Positions 45,313-54,904 of a DNA stretch of 64,000 bases are shown here, piece after piece. Under the pieces are notes generated by a model. The model saw only the letters and a program-made list of their open reading frames with translations, was not told the DNA's origin and did no database searches. The DNA is from Babesia bigemina (Eukaryota), in assembly GCF_000981445.1 (NCBI RefSeq), contig NC_027218.1:2356001-2420000 (forward strand), written 5' to 3'. Position numbers and translations under genes: made by a program. The first letter of the stretch is position 1. Each line of letters starts with the position of its first letter.

Positions 45313-47571
45313 ATGGAGTGTCTGTTGCCACCCAACGCGTTCCTCGCGGAGGGTCAAACCTCCTTTCACATCGAAGAAGACGCAACGAAGTGTGTGCGCG
45401 ACGCCGTGGACGAAGTTATCGCATCCACGGAGCAACTCGACCAACCTACAACGCCGCTGTGCGGACCCCGAGGTGAAGGCACATTTGAGGAATTTACGGC
45501 GGAAGATTTTATAATGCCGCCACATGCAGTTGACGTTAAACTGGGCACTCCTAAGTTGCGGAGCAAGTACGCTTCGCCATCTGTGCCGCTTCCTGGCATT
45601 GAGGAGGCGAGTAGTAGATCGCCTACAATGTCCATGAGAGAGCGCGTCCAGTGGAGGCAACAACTGTTGTCTAATTCATCCCGTTTGGATGTTTCCAACG
45701 CGGAATCCGATTCGGGAACGTTATTCGGCGAAGTAGCGAACAAAAACGAATGCATGTCCTCGGAGGTAACGCCATTTCGAGGCACATCGGTGAGGACACC
45801 GTCAAGGTGGAAGAAGCGGGAAACAGACTCGCGTCACTTGTTAATGCGTACTATAGGAAGGAATGACAACGACACGTATGTGAACGTGAGTGACGATTTG
45901 GTGAAGAACCCAATTCTGGCGAACTCGGTGCGGAGCGCCAAGATGCGCAAATATCCCGACGACGAAGAGGTGGAACGGTCATTGAAGGTACTCGGATCAT
46001 CACGCTGTTGGACTGACAGATTAGAAGATAGAGCAAATGGGTTTGTTGGCGGCGACCTGGACGACGACGACATGCTGGCGACCCAGACACCAATACGCAG
46101 CTTCAACACGATGCTGTCAACATCGCAATCTGACTGCGTATATGACTCGACGCAGCCCGCATCCTTATGCTCGTCATACACACAGTGGAACAACGCGAGT
46201 CCTATAAGCACACCGGGTCGCTCAACCGGGGTTCATGCGTCAAGCACACCCAACAGATACGTTCAGGCCATGTTTGGAACTGGGTATGCCACCGACCTCG
46301 ACGCCTTCGGAGGCGCAAGACTTGAAGACATGCGAAAGGAGGAGGTAAATCCCATGGCATACGCAAGGGTGCCGAAGGATATGTTCTCCGAAGCCAAAAT
46401 GGGGGCGCAAATGGGCACTCTCTACAAGCACTTCAAAAACATGTGCACATTTATCAGGAGGTCGTCAATGCGCAGTGATCGCCCCTACTTCAAGGTGGTG
46501 CAACTCATGGTGCAGCGGATGTCGAGGAAAGCCTTCACGATGGATCAACTTAGGCAGATGGCCTGGATGGCGCCAAACCTAGTAACGCTGAAGTGGGTCC
46601 GTATAAGTGAGTCGGTGCGAAGGCGGTATAAAAACGAATACGAGGAGTGTCGCGGGGATTTGGTCAGCGACGTACAAGTGAGAATCCACCGGCAGGACGG
46701 GAAAGTATGCTCGTCGAACAGCGACTTCGAAAGTACGTGCTTAGCATTCAAGAGCATCATGTGTGCGTGGTTGGCACGCTGTGAGGCGGAACACGTGCAG
46801 GGAAGGGGGTCGTGTGATGGGTTTGTTCCAGAAATGGCCCTGCCTATTCCGATGGCGGCCCTGCCAACGAAGCAGTGCGGAAGTCTCGTGACGGATAACG
46901 CTATGCTTGCTCCCATGTCAACACCTTCGCGATCCGCTTCAAGGATGTCACAATGCGCTGAAACTAACCCGACGCGATCGACGGCATTGCTCAGCACCAA
47001 TCGGCGGCCACATGAGAACGAGCACTTTACCACAAGTTGCATGCTCCGTTCACCCGACAGTGCGTCAAACAAGTCCTTCAACAGTCATTACGAGAGCGAC
47101 TCGACACGTTACGTGGGCCTCTCCACTAAGAGGATGCGAGAGACACCCATGTTGCCCATGGACACGGAGCTGCTCGACACACCAGGTATGCGCCGCATTA
47201 GGGAGAGCGCTAAGCGTCTCGCCACTGAGAGTGCCAACAGTGTCAAGCCAAAAGAGCATGATGTGTCATACTGGAAGGATGTTCGTCGTTTCGTGAACGC
47301 TCTTGTGGACCTCTCAATCGCGGACACATCGCCGCCGGTGTTGCGCATCGAGTGGCTGGCGGAGTTTATGACCAAGTACGGCACGAAAAGGGTTACCTAC
47401 GACGAAGTTGCGGAGTGGGCCAAGACTTTGACACATTTGGCGCCAGAAGCTATCCACGTTGGTGTGTCGAAGTTCGACGACTATAGCACAGTGCTCACCT
47501 TCGGCCCGCAACCGACTTTCGACGGGGTCATACGATACGTCAATCAACAGATAGACGCATGTAATAAATGA
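45313..47571 (+). CDS. CDT1: CDT1-like replication licensing factor
   Basis: Winged-helix-like LYKHFKNM...RPYFKVVQLMVQRMSRKAFTMDQLRQMAWMAP and C-terminal EVAEWAKTLTHLAPE; disordered N-terminus with many S/TP sites. Confidence 0.7.
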   Translation: MECLLPPNAFLAEGQTSFHIEEDATKCVRDAVDEVIASTEQLDQPTTPLCGPRGEGTFEEFTAEDFIMPPHAVDVKLGTPKLRSKYASPSVPLPGIEEASSRSPTMSMRERVQWRQQLLSNSSRLDVSNAESDSGTLFGEVANKNECMSSEVTPFRGTSVRTPSRWKKRETDSRHLLMRTIGRNDNDTYVNVSDDLVKNPILANSVRSAKMRKYPDDEEVERSLKVLGSSRCWTDRLEDRANGFVGGDLDDDDMLATQTPIRSFNTMLSTSQSDCVYDSTQPASLCSSYTQWNNASPISTPGRSTGVHASSTPNRYVQAMFGTGYATDLDAFGGARLEDMRKEEVNPMAYARVPKDMFSEAKMGAQMGTLYKHFKNMCTFIRRSSMRSDRPYFKVVQLMVQRMSRKAFTMDQLRQMAWMAPNLVTLKWVRISESVRRRYKNEYEECRGDLVSDVQVRIHRQDGKVCSSNSDFESTCLAFKSIMCAWLARCEAEHVQGRGSCDGFVPEMALPIPMAALPTKQCGSLVTDNAMLAPMSTPSRSASRMSQCAETNPTRSTALLSTNRRPHENEHFTTSCMLRSPDSASNKSFNSHYESDSTRYVGLSTKRMRETPMLPMDTELLDTPGMRRIRESAKRLATESANSVKPKEHDVSYWKDVRRFVNALVDLSIADTSPPVLRIEWLAEFMTKYGTKRVTYDEVAEWAKTLTHLAPEAIHVGVSKFDDYSTVLTFGPQPTFDGVIRYVNQQIDACNK

Positions 47572-47771
47572 AGCAACTGTGCGGTTGTTTTTAATATGTT
47601 TGTACTGCATTCAATGCTTGATATGTGTTTTTCCAACTGCTCTGCGCTGAGCCTGTGTATAGAATTGCTTGCTACTCGTTTCTGTGTAACGCTGGTAATT
47701 TGCTTTCGGCTACAGCACGAATACACTCTTGTATGGCCCGCGTGATGTTGCCATGCGTTGGAGTGACGGTT

Positions 47772-47966
47772 TGCGATTTCCGGAATATATTGGATAGCGT
47801 TGTGAATGGCACTTCCATAATCCCGTGGCACGAACATAGAATGCTGCTGGGTGCTGATCCCGTAAAATAACACCTTTTGCGATATTTACATTCCACGCAG
47901 CCCGCTAAGCTACATGAGGTCCTTGGACGGGGAAAAGGAGTAGGGATCGATGTCCATCTCCTCGGT
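47772..47966 (-). repeat. Inverted copy of 13420-13614
   Basis: Reverse complement aligns at equal length (195 nt). Confidence 0.9.
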
Positions 47967-48290
47967 GTTCCCTTGGCATTTTGCCATAGCCGTGTGTTGC
48001 AACAGCAATGGTGGTATACCGATGCTCCCTCATCCTACGAATGGTTCCGCATTTTGTCAGGAAGCTTTCCTGATAACTACATTTACATAGATGGGACATA
48101 AACTCCCTAAGTGGTGATCTACCAGCTACCCATAATTTACAGCAGATTTTACGGTCAACACCTTTGTTGCGGTTTCCGCCAAAAATGCATTCATTGTCCA
48201 TGCCCAAGTTCCCTTGGCAGTGGCACGATTTGACTTGGTTCCTCTGCGCATAACCGATGAGGTGCTGTCGCAGCGCTGTTCCATCTTTTG
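47910..48290 (-). pseudogene. Degenerate paralogue of Cys-rich member E
   Basis: One frame ends SIGIPPLLL...NTEEMDIDPYSFSPSKDLM* (cf. GIGLP...TEEMDINPYSFFPSKDLM); another has KSCHCQGN (cf. KNCECNGD); frames are discontinuous and the 5' limit is approximate. Confidence 0.65.
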
Positions 48291-49128
48291 GAGGACTATA
48301 ACTACAGCGGTCAAAGTGTACAACTACATTTACAGCTACAATTAAAACATATAGGTATTGTATAACTCTGCACGCATCGCGGCGCGGATATGCAGCCCTA
48401 CCAAATATCGTGTAGTATACAAAATGCATTTTGGCGTAACAGATAGAGCCTTCGTCTGATCTTGAAACGCTCGAGTGACGTCACGACTCTATGAACAATG
48501 TCGACCGGGTATCCACGTGAAGACGGGTGTTATAAAAAGCGGTCGCCATAAGCGTCGGTCAGGATTTCAACTGAAACCGACGTGACATACAAGCCTGTCA
48601 CAGCGTTAAATAACCGCCGTCGGTAAACTCACCGGCGCTAGTTAAAGCTCTGCTTCAACACCTTGAGCGCCTGCTACAGGTGGGCATGTGACGAGGCGTT
48701 CCGGTACTGGCCCAGTGAACGCGAAGTCACGCCCTTGAACTGCACGCTGATAGTGTAGATGTGCTGCGCCAATTGCGAGTTTAGCACAACTGGTTTGTAA
48801 AAGTTTAAGCGTAGACTCTCTTAGCAGCATCGTCCAAGACAGACTTCGTCTTAGTGTTGTAGTGAAGGGCGCCCTAGCCTTTCTTCTATTTATACACAGC
48901 GAGTGTGTCTGCTGTTATCCAACTTCGTTTGACAGGTATAAGGTAATAGCTATCCCCAGTAAATCAAATTAGAATTTGGCAGAGTAGTATTCCTCGTCGA
49001 TTGGCTTCGCTTACAGATGTCAAAAAACAAAAGCATGTAAAGCACATGGGGAGGTGAATATCAATAACCGTCGTATAACCCGTGTGATCAGCATAGTTGA
49101 GCAGCGATAGTGTGCCGAGGTATCATGC

Positions 49129-50902
49129 TCAACGCACCGAATAACGCGAAGATGTTTCTTCTAGCCAACTTGGTTGTGCGATTTTCAAATAATTTTTCCT
49201 CTCTTCCTCTGTCATTTCCGGCCCCCTGTCGCCTTGTAGTTGCGTTTGCTCTACCTGTTCCATTCGGTCTACTTCCGGTGGGGGTGCTGGAATTTCTACT
49301 TCAAGTTTGGCCCGCTCTGAGGCTTCCGTGTACCCTGATAAATCATCAGATCCTTCCACTGCCTCTTCTTGTTTTTTCGTCTTCTTCAATGCTTCACGCT
49401 TCTCTTGCCTTACCTTTCTTTCCACCCATACTTCCACATTCGCCTTTTCAACTTTTTCCTTATCTTCTTTATACGTGGCAAACAAGGCACCATAACAGGC
49501 AATGTTGAGCAGCGATCCAATTACGATCATGTACATGGTCGACTTCCTCAGAGCCTCGGTGTTGTTATCTTTAAGAGCGGCGTCCATGTCATCAATTGCC
49601 TGTGTTGACGGGGAGTAACCATGCAGCTTCTCTGACACGTATGCGAAGATCTCGACGAAACTGACGCTAATGGAGATACCCGATATGCACTGGATGATGG
49701 CTGATGCGCTAGCCTGGTACTTGTCCTCAATGACTTTTCTCATAATGGGTCTATCTACGCCACCAACCGTGACCAAAGTCGCTCCGAGAACCGCAAACTC
49801 TATGTAGTGGTACCACATCAGACGTCCATCTGGCGCCGGGGACACGAAAAACAAAACGCAAACGATTAATCGCACGCCCATCACGACAATTCCGGCTATT
49901 AGCTCACCATACTTTTTATGCATACCTGTAATTTTTTCTATGACTATACCACCAGCAGCTGTCCCTGCCGCGCCGCCAATCGTCGTGACCAAAATCGCAA
50001 TACCAACCTTCATGTCAGACACTCCCAAGTACTCCAAGTAGGTGATAATGTAAGGCAACGTGCACATCGGAGCCTCCGCGATCAACATCGTGAATATACA
50101 CAGGAATGCTGACCAATTCGTAAAAACCGCTTTAAAAGCGCCGGATATTTGGTTGATGAATTTGTCCATGGATCCATAGGGAGTGGTTAGTACGCTGTCA
50201 GTATGCATTGCAAATACAATCGCAATGCCAACCGAAATCCACAGGTAGCCCAACACAATGTACGACACGCGCCAGCCGATAAATCCCAGCAAAATGTTTT
50301 GAGCAGCCTCCGTGGTTATTGCGGCACACAGCATACGGCCGATGCAATTCAGCGCATGAATACGGGTGAACGTGCTGCTGTTACCGCTCTGCTCATCATC
50401 TTCATCCGAGATGATCTTTTGCTGCACTGGGTATATACAACCAAACGCGGCACCGTGTAAAAAGCGGAGGAATAGGATCTGCAGACGTATGACGCATTCA
50501 ACTCTTGCAACCTACCGACGAAAATCGTGACGTGGCGCTTAGCAGAATGGAGGCGATGCCCATGAATAACAACCCAGCAGACATCACCAGGTTAGTCTCA
50601 AACGCGTCCGCCAGCAACCCCCAAACGAGCGAGAAGCACAACCGTGACATGATGGACACGGTCATCAGCATCGTCAGTTGACTCTTGGTGAACCTCATAG
50701 TTGACTCGAAGATCCTCATGCACAAGTACAACACCTGCTGCTCGTAGCCCTCAGTGAATGACACCACGTGGTACAACACCTGACCAAACGTGCCATAGTC
50801 TGCCTTAATTCTATCTGCCTTAGTGTCGCCGTCTTTCCCGTCAGGCGCGTTTCGTGAAGATTCACCAACACCTCCAAGTTCACTGTCACCTCCTCCAACC
50901 AT
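49129..50902 (-). CDS. Major facilitator superfamily transporter, multi-exon
   Basis: Many TM segments, WGLLADAF motif-A-like segment, IGWRVSY, acidic/basic C-tail. Confidence 0.85.
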
Positions 50903-52834
50903 TGTGACAAAGCTACCCTTGTTATTCCCACTAAATCACAGTATTTGTCTAACACTTAGGTCGCGTACTAAGCTCAATACGAGCCACGCATGAAAACCAG
51001 CTACTCAATGTATGTTGACTCACTGGATCAGACATTACACAGGCGGCCGTGTAAGCGTGATTTATATGCCTCTTAACGTGCATATAGTGGTATGACCGCT
51101 AGACAACCACGTGTTTCGTTGCTCGGAAGCCACTCCAGCAAGGAAGGAAAGGCAAGGCGTCGCACCGCCCGCAAGTTCCCGGTACCACAGGCAACCTACG
51201 GCATCCAGATGGCAAATCGGCAGCGGAAATTGCCAATTCCAACACCGGACTCGGGACTCCGCCGACGCGGAAGGACGTTTTGACGCTACCGAATACGGGT
51301 GTGTAAGTGGGTGTGTGCCACCCTGTGCGGTCGGGAGATGTAGACACGAGTTTAGATATCTACACATCGGCGATGGTACTTCACAAACGATGTTGCCATA
51401 TGTGGAATATTCTATGGAACGTATTGATTGGGGTCTGTAAGCAGCGGTGGTGTTATAACCCGGAATGCAAAGAGGCAGCAACGGAAGTACCCTTGAGATT
51501 CTCATCACTGAGGCTGTTGAGATGACACTGGTACTCAGATAAAATGCTAAAAAATAGAACAACGCGGATCGATTTACCAATGTGACATAACGTGCCTTTC
51601 GAAGTGTTGAAACGCGTGAGCATTAGCGCTTCTGACGGGCATTACCGAATCGTCTCTACAATTGACAGCTAAGATCTCTATGACATACATGCTGAATTGC
51701 ACATGTATAGGCGCCGCATTTATTAAATGCTTTCCGTCAGACGACGATTGCCTGAGGATCTTCAGCGGAACGGAATCGCAGCAGACACTTGGTTGTATTA
51801 GCACGAAGTTATAACGACGTAAAACCGTTAAAATGCCAGTATTCTAGCTTAATTATTCACCGAAGAGGGGTTCTCCGTCATGTCTTTACTCTTGTGGCAA
51901 AACTAAAGGTTCGAGCAATGTCAACACTGGACCGTCCCGTTGGCAGGTTTCAAAACATCTCCACGTTAGGACTCTATTGACTTCATCTCATCTGTCATGC
52001 TATAATGGGTGTTGTTGAAATGCCCATCACTGATCCGATGATGCCTTTGATGCCTGCTCGGGTCGGTTAGTACCAGTACCAATTTTTGAATCTTTGCTTT
52101 ATTATTCTATGGTGTTTCATGTGGCTACGTTGGGCTTGGGTTGTTTTGCGTCTACCAGGCCAGAGCTTCACAGTGCTGGTACCTGCTGCGTGTTCCACGT
52201 CGTGCCTTTGACGGACATTATTGGAATAACTCATGATTCCCTTGTACGACCTTTTATAGCCGAATTACGGTGTATATCGAGAAAACGACTGACAGGGCCT
52301 ACGAATGCACAGGTTCAGCCACGTACCAGGGCCACCATGTTTCTTCGTGGGGATCAAATAATGACATTTGTTATCGAATGAATTGCCGCAATAAAAGATG
52401 GTCTCTTTATCTGGTACAATCTGCTCGGGCCACAAGGCCTTGGACTCAGCAGGCGTCCCGTATTCCTACAACAGCCGTGCTACCCAGTGCTGCACCTACC
52501 GCTCATCGGCCTTTTGAAGCGTGAAGTATTGCAAAGCGTGTCTCAAAATGTGGATCTCTGCAAAAAGCTTTCCGTGTATACGGATATTGGAACGTGTGAT
52601 GCTGGAAATCAACCTGTCACATTGACCCAAAGACTAGAATATACAGTTCAGAGTGGTATTCGCCTTTATTACGGCAGCATTATTTGGCATTGAAAGTGCG
52701 CACAATCTCATTGCTATAGCAGCAAGTCTAAATTTAAAATGTTTCGTGAAGATTCATATAATGGCTACTCACTACGTAGACAGCGTCAGTCTGTTTGTAT
52801 TTAGATATTTTTACAGCTTATATGCGATACGTGA

Positions 52835-53592
52835 TTAGTAGAATGCTCAGAATCCAGCGAAGTCCTAGATTATGTACAATAAACTCTCATCCACACCGCT
52901 TAACACCTTGAGGACATCTGAACCACGCATATCGGCGCGGAATTCCGACCCTTTGTAGCCAACAACCTTCAATATGTCGTCCAAACGTACCTTGCAATTT
53001 AGCATCTGCCACACTCTGGTTTTAGCACTGCGTGCAAACCGCAAATAACGTGGGCCTGCGTATAGCATTGGCGCAATTCCAACAAGGACTTTTGCGCAAC
53101 CTTCCGGATATTTCGAACATGATTCATCCCATGTTGCTTTTGAGCTGTACGTAGATGTATATTTATCAGTGCTCTTGATATTTGTAAAAAATTCTCACAG
53201 CCATTCACAATTCTACGCGGATCCTTTGTGATGTGGCTGCGACCACGGAGATAGATTCGCACTACGTTCTTATAATCGCTTTTGCGTGCCTGTTCCAAGG
53301 TCTTGGCAAATTGTTTGGGGTCTTCGGCCATACGAGTGTTAAATCTTTTCAGCAGTTCTTTAACCAACCACGGATACTTAAGCTCATCTTGCTCCAGGAA
53401 TCTTAGTAACAAATTTTGCATTCTCGATAGACGGGTACATTTTGAAGCCAACAGGATGCTCTGAGAGCACCTTGTGAACTGCGGTACCCATAGCAGCCAA
53501 GTTGCTTTTAGCATCATCCCCCTTCACGGCTACCAACCAGTCAATACCTCCTTGACGTTGCGAGAAGCTTCAGTCAACGAATGGTAGACCAT
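52835..53592 (-). pseudogene. Short ves-like (ves2-type) pseudogene
   Basis: Reconstruction across frameshifts: MVYHSLTEASRNVKE/IDWLVAVKGDDAKSNLAAMGTAVHKVLSEHPVG.../FLEQDELK...GSDVLKVLSGVDESLLYII*DFAGF*AFY*. The SLTE.P.NLKE.IDW-like start is the ves N-terminal signature. Confidence 0.8.
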
Positions 53593-53874
53593 TTTCGTAG
53601 AGGCTCCTAACCCTATATAGTTGCTATGCCTGTAAGGATTTTGTGTTTATCTATAGGCCGGTGTGCAAACAGCTTTGCCCTTATAGTGTTCTCTCATCGT
53701 ACAGTGTGCTATGTGGCTACGTGCCTTGGGCCGGTTTTCGATTTTGCAGGGCTAACGCCTCACGCTGAAACCGGTTGCGGGATCCACGTCGGTCCATTGC
53801 CGGACGTCACTGGTGCCATCCATGCGGGCATCCATCCAGTTTGGGCTTGAGGGTCTTCTACGGAATCGTACACT

Positions 53875-54280
53875 TACCTTGGTTTCACGTCCCTCATCGC
53901 TATTTTATGTGTGTCTTGGATCACTACTCTTGGTAAGTGGTTATTCATCTGATCCTATATGCCCAGGTCCCGTCTGTACTTGCTGTGCTCCTTTGTCACT
54001 ATTCCCTCCCACGTCATAACGTAGGGGATAACCCTGATCTTGGTTTGCTGGTTAAACTGTCGCGCCTTGAGGTCCTCGATAAGGTCTTCATACTTCTGCT
54101 TCTTGAACTTATCCGTATCCACTGGGTTGTATTGATTGGTGATTCCTATCTCCACGATGGTGATGGTGTTCTTTCGCCGATCCGCCAGGATGATGTCTGG
54201 CCTGTTGTATTCCTTAGTCTTCTGAGTCTTGACCGTCTTGTCGTACGCGATCGTTTCCTTTTCCCATAATATCGCCTTTT
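53875..54280 (-). mobile_element. Decayed non-LTR retrotransposon C-terminus (restriction-like endonuclease domain)
   Basis: IAYDKTVKTQKTKEYNRPDIILADRRKNTITIVEIGITN...KKQKYEDL...IRVIPYVMTWEGIVTKEHSKYRRDLGI*: PD...E and KxxKY RLE motifs; in-frame stops on both sides; no RT domain seen. Confidence 0.8.
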
Positions 54281-54904
54281 ATCATCTTCAACATTACCGT
54301 CTGCCCCAGTCTCCCAATTGGCGCCGCTCCCTGTCTCCTCCCACATGTCCTTACGTTGCCGACTCATCAGATCCTCTCGCTATGTTCGCCCATTCTCCCT
54401 CATCTTTTTACGCTACTGTAACTTCCTCTTACGAATATCCTCCTTGCCTCTCCCAACCCATTCTACCCCTTCACTTCATTCTCTTCCTTGCCTCCCTGCT
54501 CACCTCTCTCCATACATTGCCCCTTTCCCGTCTGATTCTTTTCGTTGGCCTACTTGTCACTCAACTTATCGCTCGGTCATCGTTGCCGCTCAGTCACCTT
54601 GCAATTCGCCTGCGTCTCTGGTCATACATTTAACATTGCTTATCGTCTGTAACATTGTGGTTGTCCACCGGAATAGGACGGATGGCGTCTAATTCGCAGC
54701 ATGCCACATCCGTGTACATCAATGTAGTTATGCACACGTTACTAACCGATGCTCTAAAAACTACATTTTTATTAATTTGTGCAATTACTTTTTCTATATG
54801 TTGTGTCTACACGACTGGGCACCTGTGGCCGCAACTAAGATCATGAAAATACTAAACTAATTTTTAGGCGATGTGAAACATTGTTATACGTGCTATATTC
54901 GTAG

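Noticed and set aside
47905..48429. 174-aa ORF as an intact gene
   Set aside because: The conserved family tail lies in a different frame; treated as a degenerate paralogue
51062..51580. 172-aa ORF with hydrophobic N-terminus
   Set aside because: Non-ATG start, no motif, lies in the likely upstream region of the MFS gene
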